Positions 13,801 through 26,794 of a stretch of 64,000 nt of DNA are shown piece after piece (position 1 is the stretch's first letter; each line of letters opens with the position of its first letter). Below the pieces are notes generated by a model. It was not told where the DNA came from, did not search any database, and worked only from the letters and a program-made list of their open reading frames with translations. This stretch comes from Paragordius varius. Its lineage: Eukaryota; Animalia; Nematomorpha. The translations under genes and the position numbers were made by a program. Location: NCBI GenBank assembly GCA_964247055.1, contig OZ176053.1, forward strand, positions 12,028,001 through 12,092,000. Direction: 5' to 3'.

Positions 13801-16800
13801 GGTCCTTATATATAAGGCAGGTAACAACATTTTTTTAAAAACGACAAAAAAAATTTCTTCCTATTCTTTTTTAAAGGAGCGATTTTCATCGGATAATTTA
13901 CGTTTTTTAGCATTAGATGTCATCCTTTTGATTTATGTTTAAATATTATGTAAATTTTTTCAAAAAAATAGGAATATAATTTGAATATGCTATAAAAAAA
14001 CAGGACGAAATTTAATGATGTTGATTTGATAAATATTTTATGGAAGTGAGTATCAGGAAATGATGTAAAATAGCAATGAAAAGAATATGCAAGTTTGGGT
14101 GAAAGGCTTGCTTTACAAAAAGGAATGCAATAAAACTTTTAAAATAGAAAAGAAAATAAAATACAGAAACAGAAACAACGTGTGCCAAATAATCATTTTA
14201 ATGTAGGAAAATTTTATACTTTTCAAATTGGGTAAAAAATAAAAATTACCAAAATTAACTTTAAAGAAAATAAATTAATATTAAAATACAAAAAATTCGC
14301 TTATGTGTATTTTAAAAATTCATCAAAAAAATAATTTATGTATCAATTTGGTCAAAGGGCAATTTTAAAGCACTCTTAGGGCCGCATGCGGCCCGCGGTT
14401 TGAGTATCACTGATATACATTGTAACGCTATTTATTTTATAAAGATGCAACGTGATTTACGAAATCTGGTCACGCTTACTGGCAACGTTCAAATCTTAAA
14501 TCCTGCCGGAAGTACTTTTCATAATTTAATTTAATTGAACAAAACTTACAAAATATATTTTAACTTACCTGATTATTCAAAAAAATCAATTGATTGTAAC
14601 ATATATTTCCCAAATTTTACCATTAAATTATTACACCTTAATAATAAAACTTTTATATTTTTAGATTCTATATCTGTACCGGCAGATAATTTGGTTCCGG
14701 GCGATATAATATTAATCCCGGACAATGAAAGCAATATGTTATGTGATGCACTTTTGTTGAGTGGTAATGTCATTGTTAATGAAAGCATATTAACAGGTTT
14801 TTTACCCAATTTTCAGAATTCCTCACTTTTTTCTCTTTATTTGTAATATTAATACGATTGAGCACCATCTTTTGCAGGCATACATTGGATATTAAATATT
14901 TTACATTTTTTATAAAGACTTTAAACGTTTAATATAGATACGCTTGTATGCTGAATATAGAAGCACTAAACTAAAAATATATACATACCATTTACAAAGC
15001 AAATTCACCCTTGAAAAATTCATATTCACACCCTCAAATATATTATGTGTTCTTTTATTTTTTAAAAATTACCTATATTTTAATATATCACAGTGTGCAA
15101 AATTGGGGGTGTTTATTTTCTCAGGATATTATATTAAGCTTAATATGACCGTTGTGACATAGACATCCTAAAAATATAAGGATAAAAAAAATTGTCAATG
15201 TAGAAAATTTTTTTTTCACTTTTTCCATATATGGATATATTCGGAAAAAATCAATTTATTTGCATAATACTTGATCAAAAATTATAAAACTTATATATAA
15301 TATAAATAATATTAAATAAATATTATTTGCAAATTTTGGCTCAATATGAATGGATAGATTTAAAATAAACGTCAATTTATTAAATCCAACTAAATTTAGC
15401 CCTTTATATTAGTAACATAAAAAATACTTGATGAAAATCAATATAATATGCGCCAAAATTTAAGTTTAACTTTATATGTTAATATAAATATTACTTATAT
15501 ATAATAAAAATTAGGTTTTAACTAAGTTAAAAATTTTTGAAATTTTTTATTTACTAAAATAAAATTAAATTTTTTTTAATATCAACTGTAATATAATCAT
15601 GTCTGGTGATTATAAATATAACCTTATGGATTTTTTTACCTGGATTTTTGAATTGTAGATGATATTGACTGTTGCTTTACCCTGATATGATGGTATATTT
15701 TTAATATAATTACAGATAAATATATTTGGAATTTAGATATAACATTGAAAAACCAATGTAATCCATTGTGAAAATCATATTTTAAAGACAAACTTGCTAA
15801 TCACAAGCAAACATCCACCAGAAAATTATATTTTGAGACATTATGTTCATTTTGTAATAAATTAATATATTTAATTTTTTTAATATAAAATTGTTTACTT
15901 GGTTTTGAACGAATGTGGGCAAGGTCGCCAAAAATAAAACTCCTCCAAAGATTTCCATTTTTAGTTTTAATGTTAAGTTCTGCCAAAGAATTGATTTCTC
16001 TTAGATCATGCGCTTCTTAAGCCATCGCAAACAACCTATCCTACTTCGGGTATATGAAATTCAACTCGTTGAAAAAGTTCTTGATATTGAGAAAGTCTTT
16101 TTGCCAAAATATTAATAACATGAAATACCCGATTAAAATAGTTTATAAAATGATTATCAACACCTCTTAAAAGATTTAAATATAAGAATTTGAAGAAATG
16201 GTATTCAACAAAAAAATTAAAAGGGCTGCAAAATCTTGTCTCATGAACCGTGCAACATACTATAACTATAAAAATTTGCAGACATTTATATTAAAAATAA
16301 ATATGACATAAAATTTAATTGATAATTCAGGGCCATAAATAAGCTTTTAGAGCCCAAGTTTTGGTAAAACTGATGTATACTTCGTTAACACTTTCTTTTG
16401 CCATAAACCGTTTTTTAAAAAATCATTCAAGAAAAAACTGGCCGTATTCAGAAGATTTTTTTAAATTTTACATTTCTAAATGAAAAAATAATTATGTGCC
16501 TGAATACTGGCATAACTCAACATAACAAAAAATAGCAATCTATGGAGGAGTTTTATTTAAATTAGAATGGGTAATTTAAGAGAAACCAATTCTTTGGCAG
16601 AACTCAACATTAAAACTAATAGAAATCTTTGGATGGATGGACCTTGCCCACATTCGTTCAAAACAAAGTAAACAATATTAAAAAAATTAAATATATTAAT
16701 TTATTACACAATGAACATAATGTCTCAAAATATAATTTTCTGGTGGATGTTTGCTTGTGATTAGCAAGTTTGTCTTTAAAATATGATTTTCACAATGGAT

Positions 16801-19800
16801 TACATTGGTTTTTCAATGTTATATCTAAATTCCAAATATATTTATCTATAATTATATTAAAAATATACCATCATATCAGGGTAAAGCAACAGTCAATATC
16901 ATCTACAATTCAAAAATCCAGGTAAAAAAATCCATATGGTTATATTTATAATCACCAGACATGATTATATTACAGTTGATATTAAAAAAATTTAATTTTA
17001 TTTTAGTAAAATAAAAAATTTCAAAAATTTTTAACTTAGTTAAAACCTAATTTTTATTATATATAAGTAATATTTATATTAACATATAAAGTTAAACTTA
17101 AATTTTGGCGCATATTATATTGATTTTCATCAAGTATTTTTTATGTTACTAATATAAAGGGCTAAATTTAGTTGGATTTAATAAATTGACGTTTATTTTA
17201 AATCTATCCATTCATATTGAGCCAAAATTTGCAAATAATATTTATTTAATATTATTTATATTATACATAAGTTTTATAATTTTTGTTCAAGTATTATGCA
17301 AATAAATTGATTTTTTCCGATTATATCCATATATGGAAAAAGTGAAAAAAAAATTTTCTACATTGACAATTTTTTTTATCCTTATATTTTTGAGATGTAT
17401 ATGTCACAAGGGTTATATTAAGCTAGGTATGATATCATGAGTAAATTTGTTGCAATTATTAAAATATATAATTTTGTTTTAAATTAAAATAATACTGAAA
17501 AAATAATAAACTATCCCATAAAGATATATCTCACATCAAAAATGAGTTATATTAGTTCGAAAACACATAATTGTTTTTAGGGTGAAAGGGTGAATTTGAA
17601 TTGTTTAAGGGTGAAATTGAACTGTAAATGGTATATATTTAAAACAAATAAAAATTAAATTAATTTTTGCCATTTTAAATCGTAGGAGAAAGTACTGCCA
17701 GTACCAAAACTCCCTTGGGATACGAAAATAAGCCAATCAATATCAAATCTGATGCAAAATCCATTTTGTTTAATGGAACGCGAGTTTTGCAAACTAGATC
17801 GCTTTCTGGCGAACCTGTTAAAGCTTTAGTCTTACGGACAGGTCTATACACTTTTAATATTTAAAACTAAGTTTGATTTAGATAATTAATTGATTTTTTT
17901 TACAGGTTATATGACGTTAAAGGGGGAATTGATTCAATCTATTTTGTTTCCTAAGCCGATTGATTTCAAATTCAATAAACACACCTATAAATTTATTGGA
18001 GTTTTAGCACTAATAGCCATGTTGGGCTTCTTTTATACCCTTGGGCTTATGGTAAGATTTATATTTAGTCAAAACATGTAAATTTTACCATTTAAAGAGT
18101 AAAATGGCACTAGAGTTTGCATAAAATAGTTATTAAAACATAATTTATTAATTTAAACCTAGTTTGATTTTTCCATCACTGGGTAAGCGAAAATATTGGT
18201 TAATACTAAATAATATAAATTCCCTAATTAAAGAAATTGCATAGAAATATTAGAATGTTTGAAACTTTACTGCAGAATATGTCAAAATTAACCGATCTTG
18301 TCATATTTTTTAGATTATTTCACACAAAGCGGATCCGGCTACTATAGCGATACGGGCACTTGATCTTATAACGATAACGGTTTCACCGGCTCTCCCCATT
18401 TCAATGGCCGTCGGGGTTATATTTGCCCAACGAAGGCTAAAGAAATTGGGTGTGTTCTGTATCAGCCCCAAAACAATTAACATTGTGGCAGCTATTAATT
18501 TGGTTTGTTTTGATAAGGTATTTTTATTTTATTTTAAACTACCTTTTGTCGATAACTTTTAAATGTTGAAACTTTAATTTTCCCAATGTATAAAGACAGG
18601 GACAATTACGATGGAAGATTTGGACATGTTGGGAGTCGTTCCTGTCGATCGAGATAATCAGTAAATATAATTTATTCTCAATTATTAAAATATGAATTTT
18701 GAAAGTTTATTGACTGTTTTTTATACTTATTAGTTAAATTAGGATTTGTCGATAGATTACTTTTTATTTGGTGAATTAGACAACAAGTCGCATAGATAAT
18801 TTATTTAACCCCAACTTTAATTTTTATTAAAAAAGCTTAATGTTATCAAATAATAATCAATCATGGTTATAATAGTTTCGAATCCTGTCAAGACATTATC
18901 ACTCTGGCATTTTCTCCATTACTTAAATGCTTAATAACCTGCCATAGTTTAACAAAATTAGATGGGAAATATATTGGAGATCCGTTGGACATTAAAATGT
19001 TTAATGCTACAGCTTGGGTATGAAATATTAAATTTCAGAAAAATGAATATTTTTTTACTTGTAAAACTGTTATAAATTACGTATATAATGGCAGATTATG
19101 AAAGATTCTTATGAAATATCGGAACAAAACAGTTTTCGATATAGGATAGTTGCCGAATTCAATAAGCCTCCCAACGTCAAAACACTGGATGTAAGCCGTT
19201 TTTATTAATTTATCCAAAATATCAATAACATATTTTCAGGTAAAATATTATTCCAAATTTTTACACTTAAATGTATTTCTTTCACGTTCTTACTTCATTT
19301 TCAGAAAAGGCCGAAAGTTGGTGTAATCAAACAATTCCCATTTACGTCAGAAAATCAAAGTATGTCCGTAATATGTGCACAAGAACACAGCAAAAACATG
19401 GAATTTTATATCAAAGGATCACCGGAAAAAATAGCAACACTCTGTCTGCCCACATCAAGTTTGCCTGCTATATTATATCCGAAACTATTTTTTTTAACGA
19501 AGTTTGAATACAAACATACATGTTTTGATTCTAATATTTTGTATTTTAGTGCCCAAAAATTATATGGATGAATTGATGCATTACACACAACAGGGATACC
19601 GAGTAATAGCTTTGGCTTGGAAATCCTTGGGTCCACCCACGCCTACAACATCTTTACAAGACTTTAAGAGGTTAAAAATTTCATATCATATTTTTGGTGG
19701 GTAGTTTACCAATTACGTTTAATTTAAACGATCGTCGTGTCTAAATAAAAGCATAAAAATAATTAAATTAGCTAGAAAAACCAAATTTTTTTATTCTTAA

Positions 19801-22800
19801 ATTATTGTTGTTTTAGTAGTCGCAATGCTATGTTAAGTAAAAATGAAAAGGCCTCTATTTAGGACGAAATATTTTTTAGTTACTTATAAACTTTGTATAA
19901 TTACCTTTAAATAATCTAATAAAGGAATGAATTGGAAAGGGATTTAATTTTTCTTGGCTTCATGATTTTGGAAAATCGTCCGAAACCCGATTCCAGACAA
20001 AACATTCAATTGTTGCATGATGCCGATATAAGGACTGTCATGATTACAGGTATCGATTGCCCTTGCAATGTTAAAAAATTTATTTTAACATACTTAACGT
20101 AATTTTTAAAAAACTCTAGGTGACAATCTTTACACGGCAGTCTGCGTAGCAAAAGATGTGGATATGATAAAACAAGACGAAAAAGTCATCATAATTGAAG
20201 CGGTTGAAAAAAAGGCATCCACAGTTGGAAGTCCAACCTCTCAGCTAGAACCAAATGTAAAGCCTCTAATCACTTATCGATATGCCGAACAAGGCCATTT
20301 CTATTCCCAGAATGTGGAGAAACGCCGAAGCTCCACTTACATAGTATGTACCGTACACCGTTTTAGATACAAATTATTTACACTGATTTCGGCATCCTAA
20401 CTTTACTGTGTTAAAACAGGCTCAAAAATGATAGTGGGTTTTTGTATATTTGCTAAAGATTTCATTTCAATTCGTATGTATATAAATATATATACATATA
20501 TATTGAATATATACCATTTACAATTCAAATTCACCCTTAAACAATTCAAATTCACCTTTAAACAATTCAAATTCACCCTTAAACAATTCAAATTCACCCT
20601 CGAACAATTCAAATTCACCCTCAAATAAAATATATGTTTTTTAAGATCAAAAATTACCTATATTTTATATATTTCTTAAAAATAAATATTTTGTTTTAAA
20701 TTAAAATAATACTGAAAAAATAATAAACTATACCATAAACATATATTTCATATTAATAATGAGTTATATTAGTTGGAAAACACATAATTTATTTTTAGGG
20801 TGAATTTGAATTGTTCAAGGGTGAATTTATACTGTTCAAGGGTGAATTTGAATTGTTCAAGGGTAAATTTGAACTGTAAATGGTATATATTGCGGTCAGA
20901 CCGGATATTTTGACTGGATCTAATCCTTTAATTAAGAGATAGCCTAATAACAAAAATATTTTTATTGAAATAAAAACAACAATAATTTTTATTTTATTTT
21001 ATATTCAAGCCCCGAAGCAAAGAAGAATTGCAACTTATCCAGGCAAATTATAAGAAAAATTTGGATTTACGCAATAATATGTACCATTTTGCATTAACTG
21101 GCAAAACAATGAAAGCCATTCAAGAATTTCATCCTTATCTTCTACCCAAAGTAATGTGGGAGGAACTTAAAAATATTTTTAGTTAAGAACAATTTAGGGT
21201 CAAATATCATAATTCACACACAATTTGCAATATTGCTATTAAAATTTATAAATTATATTTTTGATATTGTTAAGATTTTATCACGCGGAACTATTTTCGC
21301 TCGTATGTCACCAGAACAAAAAGCACAATTAATTGAATCATTTCAAAGTTTAGCCTATTATGTCGGTATGTGTGGCGATGGTGCAAATGACTGTGGGGTA
21401 ACATTTTAAATTTTTGTAAATAAAATACATTTACATTGGGCCCGCGAAACTATTTTAGTATCTATATTGCGAAATTTATTTTATAAAGTTCTGTAATTTA
21501 TTTAAGAAATATACCATTTATAGCTCAAATTCACCCTTGAACAATCCAAATTCATCCAAAAATAAACTAAAGTTTTCGAATATTAAAAACTAATAACTAT
21601 ATTTTTTTATACTTTAAAAAATTATATTTCGTCTAATATTAACATTATATGCCCGAAAACACATAATTTATTTCTAGGGTGAATTTGAATTGTTCAAGGA
21701 TGAATTTGAGGGTAAATTTGTTTGAATTGTTCAAGGATGAATTTGAAGTGTGAATGGTATATATATATAATAAACCATCACTATTTTTAACCAATCATTC
21801 TGATTTCCAATCTTTAATAAAATAAATTTATGTATTAAGAGCCTTGTTGGTTTCAATTATGTATTGTTTGCATTTAGGCTTTAAAAATGGCCCATGCAGG
21901 TATATCATTGTCGGAAAATGAGTCTTCGATCGCTTCTCCCTTCACGTCAAAAATTCAAAGTATATCCTGTGTACCCCTTTTGTTAAGGTATATCGAACAT
22001 TAATAAAATTATTTCTCAATCGTTATACTTGTGGTAATTGTATAATTATTTTTCCACGATTCCGTGTAAAATAATGTAATTTTTATCATAACTTTATTTA
22101 TTTCTTAACGATGGATAAATTTTGTTTTACCCTGGGATCAAAATATTCAATTTTAACAATTTAACCTATTTTAGGGAAGGACGAGCGGCATTAACAACTT
22201 CATTTGGGATTTTCAAATATTTAGCAAGCTATAGTATGGTACAATTTGTTACGGTCACGCTATTATATTGGGTAATTATTCGATTTTCATTTTTAAATAT
22301 CAAAGAATTGTGTATGCTTCGAATCATTATTTTTTTTCATTACTTAGGTTAAAGCAAGCCTTACAGATTTCGAATATCTCTATGTTGACATGTTTGAAAT
22401 GATGTTTTTAGCAATTACATGTAATTTTTTAAATATATTTATATTTAATTTATCATAAATGAATACACCTTTTTTCATATAAAAATATTTTTAATCATAT
22501 ATGTTGTACTTTTATAACTTTTTAGTTGGCAGGACGTTAGCCTATCCCTATTTATCAAAGGAAAGGCCACCCTTAAGCCTCATAAGTTTTTTGCCAATAT
22601 TCTCTATCATATCGTGCCTGATTATCAATATTTGTGCACAATTAACTGTCTTTTTGTTGGTTCGCAAACAGCCATGGTATTATATGCTATATCAAAAAAA
22701 ATTATTATTTAAAAAAATAACCTTTTTTTATTTGAATGTGACTGCAAGACAAGAAATTGGATTTTATAAATAAAAATACATTCACACCACGGGGCTTTGT

Positions 22801-24558
22801 CATTTATTAAATTTGCATTAATTTTGCGCAGGTTTGAACCATTAAAGCCCAAACACCCCAAAGATTACTATAGTTATCAAAATGCATGCGTTTTCTCAAT
22901 CTCAAATTTTCAATACATAATTTTGGCCGTTATATTTTCAAAAGGTCCTCCTTTTCGGCTTCCCACCTACACCAACTGTATGAATTATTTATTTAAATCA
23001 TATAATTTTTATGGCTTTTTTAAAAATAAATGGGAGAAAAAAGATATCAAACTATAATTTTATATAGATTGGTTTATGGCGACTTGTGTCATCTTAACAT
23101 TAGTTAGCGCCTATATTCTTTTGTATGGACATCCAAAATTTTTGGCTTTTCTTCAGTATCGTGCAGTTCCGGATATGAACTTTCGTTGGATCGTATTAGC
23201 CATTGCAGCAATAAATGCTATCCTCCTAGTTTTAAATGAAGTAATATTTAAGTGATTTTTGGATAATATTGGGGCGTAAGGTATTTGGTTTGTGATATAA
23301 ATAATTTCTATTTTATGTTTCTTAGAGAATTTTGGTACAAAAAATACTAAAAAATACGGTAGCAAAGCGCATACAAAGACGAAAGCAACGCAAATACCCC
23401 TACCAAATTTTAGAGAATGAAATGTCCTCCCTCGATCCAGATTCAATCGTAAATTTGGGGTTGGAACCGTCGGATCATTACATAGATATTGGAGCTACGG
23501 CTGTTAAAACAGCCGGTCGAGAATACCATTTTAATTCGGATACCCAGGGTGGTGGCTTACTATCTGTGTCATCTCCACCTTCAAGATCTCGAAGTCTTTA
23601 TCAACAGGGCGTCACAAATCATGGATCCATAATTAATCCTTCTTTAAATGGAAGAGAAGCAATCAATAATTTGATGCCTCAGCACAGTGCAAGTTTTGGG
23701 GATATACGTATAGCTATCGATGGTCCGCCCACAGAGGGAACTAAGGCCCGCGAAGAAAATAGTACTGTAGAGTCTTCTCTTATGTCACCAACAACGGACA
23801 GTATGGATGCTGATGATAGGGAAGTCATTGTCCCAGCCATAACAAAACCAATATCTCACTATAATCCTGAAAGTCATAAAGATGGTATTCTATAATTATA
23901 TATGTTTGGAATTATTTTTACTTTAAACTATGCTATTTAAAATGAATGCCTCGAAACAATTTACGTCATTCTGTCATCATAATCGTATGATATTGTAAAA
24001 GATTATAATAATTTTTTCCTTTTCACTTTCTTTTTCTTGTTTTACTAATGAGCCCTAGCGCGTAGCCTTTAAAAGGTTATTAAATATTTTAACTAGTTTT
24101 ACATTTTTGGATGTAACAAAAAAATTTTTTTGATTGTCATAGATATTTACATAGAATTCGGTAAAATGGTATTTTTATTACTCTCCCACTACTCTATAGT
24201 GTTTATTAAAGACATTAAACATCATGATAATGCGGCAGGAACTAGTCCTGACTCTCCAGGAAACAGCACAGATTCTTCCTCAAGCCCAAATGTGTTTCCA
24301 CATCAAGATTTAGTTGTTTCGAGGGAAACCCCGCCTACTATTGGATTGGCAAAAGGTTCCCTCATAATCAGTTCAGAGGGTAAAAATAGGTTTGATTTTA
24401 TCGATGATCCCATGGTGCAAGCAGTCAAATCTTCTTCATACACCAATCTTAACCAGAACAATAATAACAACAGCAATGGCATTAATATTGATGGTAGTAT
24501 AAACAAGAGTAAAAAGAATAGTCTAATGAAACTAATTGTTTTACCCAAAAAATATTGA
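4876..24558 (+). CDS. ATP13A3: P5B-type (ATP13A2/ATP13A3-like) polyamine-transporting P-type ATPase, 30 exons: 4876-5067, 8674-8841, 10126-10178, 11151-11307, 11528-11622, 11720-11794, 11856-11925, 12265-12399, 14445-14511, 14665-14796, 17686-17841, 17906-18051, 18314-18517, 18596-18660, 18876-19017, 19095-19190, 19305-19458, 19550-19670, 19925-20049, 20120-20343, 21010-21150, 21275-21397, 21878-21987, 22175-22271, 22348-22420, 22526-22676, 22832-22977, 23068-23240, 23326-23884, 24212-24558
   Basis: All GT-AG junctions keep frame (4497 nt in total). Motifs: [36 protein letters not shown] (phosphorylated Asp split by the intron at 18518), [53 protein letters not shown]. Orthology among ATP13A2-5 is not resolvable. 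Exons 1, 4, the acceptor of exon 5 and exon 30 are less certain. Confidence 0.93.
5650..6450 (-). mobile_element. Degraded non-LTR retrotransposon reverse transcriptase fragment in ATP13A intron 1
   Basis: Minus-strand fragments [20 protein letters not shown] (LDIxxAFD motif), PADDTIHL (YADD-like) and [13 protein letters not shown] occur in RT order, with stops and frameshifts. Confidence 0.55.
6911..7496. mobile_element. piggyBac-type MITE (TTAA-flanked)
   Basis: Ends TTAA-CACTTCGATAC and GTATCCAAGTG-TTAA, with asymmetric internal inverted repeats (TTGGGGTATCTAAATACCCCAG / CTGGGGTATCCAAATACCCCAA). A same-length inverted copy lies at 41109-41693. Confidence 0.8.
7661..8510. mobile_element. 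Degenerate MITE-like inverted-repeat element
   Basis: AGAGTGGGGTGATA at 7661 and TATCACCCCACCCT ending at 8510, plus internal GACTTAAGTCAAG / CTTGACTTAAGT. No clean TSD. Confidence 0.4.
8900..9980 (+). mobile_element. Defective mariner (Mos1-like) transposon in ATP13A intron 2
   Basis: TA-flanked TIRs of about 30 bp (TACCAGGGGTAGTCATAATT / AATTTATGACCACACGTGGTA). Broken transposase from ATG 9063 ([17 protein letters not shown]...[22 protein letters not shown]), with later DLAPS-like remnants. ~1.08 kb, internally deleted. Confidence 0.85.
12742..14412 (-). mobile_element. hAT (SPIN/Buster, GTF2IRD2-like) transposon relic, copy 1, in ATP13A intron 8
   Basis: TIR CAGTGATACTCAAAC with GCGGCCC subterminal repeats at 14380-14412. 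Transposase remnants [28 protein letters not shown] and [13 protein letters not shown]...RNRL. Homologous to 33859-38544. Confidence 0.85.
14986..17633. mobile_element. MITE with 21-bp subterminal repeats (TA-flanked family), interrupted by the foldback element
   Basis: TIR TACCATTTACA...CAAATTCACCCTT at 14986 and its reverse complement ending at 17633. The interior matches the intact copy at 20512-20885 once ~15090-17460 is removed. Confidence 0.75.
15112..17445. repeat. Long foldback (arms ~15130-16003 and ~16577-17440, spacer ~570 bp), probably piggyBac-derived
   Basis: The arms are near-identical reverse complements (2 differences in a 180-bp stretch checked). They carry EFYFWRPCP / [13 protein letters not shown], resembling the piggyBac GRCP..YIPSKP.KYGIK motif, and end in ...CACAAGGGTTA. 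Confidence 0.85.
20512..20885. mobile_element. TA-flanked MITE with 21-bp tandem subterminal repeats (TTCAAATTCACCCTTAAACAA)
   Basis: TA | TACCATTTAC ... GTAAATGGTA | TA. About 5 repeat units on the left and 4 inverted units on the right; these explain the LKQFKFT / VNLNCLR repeat ORFs. Confidence 0.85.
21512..21759. mobile_element. Shorter copy of the same TA-flanked MITE
   Basis: Same TIR (TACCATTTA / GAATGGTA), same 21-bp subterminal units, TA flanks. Confidence 0.8.
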
Positions 24559-24985
24559 GACCACTACACTGCCTATTGTTATATTTCGATAACAAAACAA
24601 TTTATATTGAATCTAAGAATATTTTTGTATGCATATATATATATATATTGTAAAAAAGTGTTTGTAAAATTTTTATTGACAATCTATTCAATCCCTCTAA
24701 CTACTTTTTTAAACCAAGCTGATTCGTATATTTATAAAACGGTTGGTTATACATGATAAATGAACAAACTTTATATATTTATAGTGGAATTCCAAATGCA
24801 AAAGTATGTTTTACTATGTTTATATTGCAAAGTTATAACATTATCTAGTCTTAATTATGTAACGTCATTATAGATCAAATGAAATTTTCTTTGATTCATT
24901 TTTTATATAATTGATGCATATCATATTTAATGCAAATAAATGTGTGTAAAATTGTCCTTTTATTCTAATAAATATTTTATTGCAA

Positions 24986-25420
24986 TAACCCTTGGATACA
25001 TTCATTTCAATCCTCCGATTCAAATGGGGTCTTTGGGAACCCCAGTAAAATATGGAACAAATCGAAACCAAATTATTTCATAACATTGATTCACCGAACA
25101 TAGAATTGATAAAACTTATTTTATGAAACCTCAAAGTAAAATTTAACAACATTGGCATGTGTGCGTTAGCTAATAAAAATAATGCAAAACAAACCACTTT
25201 TTCTGTTTATATCAATGTTAGAAGTGATATAAATAATAATTAGTAAATTGCATTAGAATAAAATAAACACGATATTTTGCAAAAATGTTGTGAAATAAAA
25301 ATGGCGTCGAAGCAGTTTAATAGGAGATTTTTGTTCAAAACTATTTCTTATAATATATATATTATATATATAGATATATATATGTATAAATCTGGGGCCC
25401 GATTCGATTCAAAGTGTTAA
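24986..25420. mobile_element. Diverged relative of the TTAA MITE family
   Basis: TAACCCTTGGATAC...CAAATGGGGTCTTTGGGAACCCCAG left end, shared internal AAAATGGCGTCGAAG block, right end GATTCAAAGTGTTAA. Confidence 0.6.
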
Positions 25421-25649
25421 AGGCTTTAATAATATTTAAGATTGCGAGTACCTTTTTGATAAAAATAACCGTTTTCAGTTATAAATAAGTAAAATGGATT
25501 TAATATAAACCGTTTTATCGTAATCTTTAATCTGTAATTTAATATTTATATCCACATTAATAATAGTCAATTTTTCCAGTTTTTTACCAAATTAATTATA
25601 TTTCTGACTTTAACAGTCAAATCTTATAAAAATTACCTTTTTAATTTTT

Positions 25650-25960
25650 AGTAGTCGCTTACATTTTGGGGTAACCTAGATCTTAAACACAAATAAACTT
25701 CTGTTTTGAAAGTTTTGGTTTATGTATGATTATCAAACAATGTTCTCCTGTCCTAGATAAAAAAGCTTATATTTCATTAATTTATAACTATTAAAGTTCT
25801 CTATTGGGATAGCTCCGAAATATATTTAAAATGAGTTACATCAAAATTAACATTTATTTATTCATTTTTTTCCTAGATTACCTTTTAGGGTGGTTTTATA
25901 TCCCAGATGTCAATTTGCAAATAAACTACAATTTTGAAAGTTTAAATAATTGTTCTCATG
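25650..25960. repeat. Interspersed repeat with an inverted copy at ~40790-41110
   Basis: CCTAGATTACCTTTTAGGGTGGTTTTATATCCCAGATGTCAATTTGCAAATAAA matches the reverse complement of ~40918-40980. Confidence 0.5.
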
Positions 25961-26770
25961 TGTTAAATCTAGAATCCAAAAATGGAACAACTCCACAACA
26001 CAATTGATACAAACAGCTAATAATTAAATCAAAATATATAAAGTTAAAAGCTTCTAAAGTTAATTAAATACATTTTCTTACCATAAAATACATTAAGTCT
26101 GTTGCATTAGCAGGCAAAACAGTATAATGGGGATTTTTTCACAATTTTTCATTAAAAATTTTGTATAAATGCGCCCAAAAAACTAAAGAAAGAATATATT
26201 TAAATTCGGATGAATACGTTAACTTTTTAAGAAATTCCAATCCTTCTGAAATATAAAATCACCCCAAAATGTAATAGGTGTTAAAAACATTTGAGAAATT
26301 TCTGTATAACTGTTATTTAAAGCTTTAAATAATTATTTTTATTTAAACATATAAACATTAAATTTTGTGAAAAAGTTGTAGATGAGAAATATTTTATAAT
26401 TTAGATTTTATGGGTTTTTAATGTGTCCAATAGGCTAAAAAAAATATTTTTTAAAATTCTGAACTCACAATCGCTCTAGGATTTAAAATACTTAAAAACG
26501 GTTATAAACTTTTGGCATTGTCAATGATTTGTACATAAATTTGGCAAATGATACCCTTTTAAACATAGCGTCAAATTTTAATCAAATTGCAATATTAAAA
26601 ATAATATTTGTTTAAACTTATCCACCAGTTCCCAAATCGTAAAAAGTGTCTTGTGGGTATTTGATATAAAAATCAGTGTTTATAATACAAATAAAATTAA
26701 AAAAAGCCAATGTAACAATGAAGGTTTTTTAGCTGAAAAACAACCGTTATTAAGAAAAATTAGTTTTTCC

Positions 26771-26794
26771 CTCTCTCTCTCTCTCTCTCTCTCT
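26771..26794. repeat. (CT)12 microsatellite
   Basis: Directly visible. Confidence 0.95.

Noticed and set aside
20403-20628. Repetitive ORFs (LKQFKFT)n and (VNLNCLR)n
   Set aside because: Translation of the MITE's 21-bp subterminal repeats. Not CRISPR (no spacers) and not coding.
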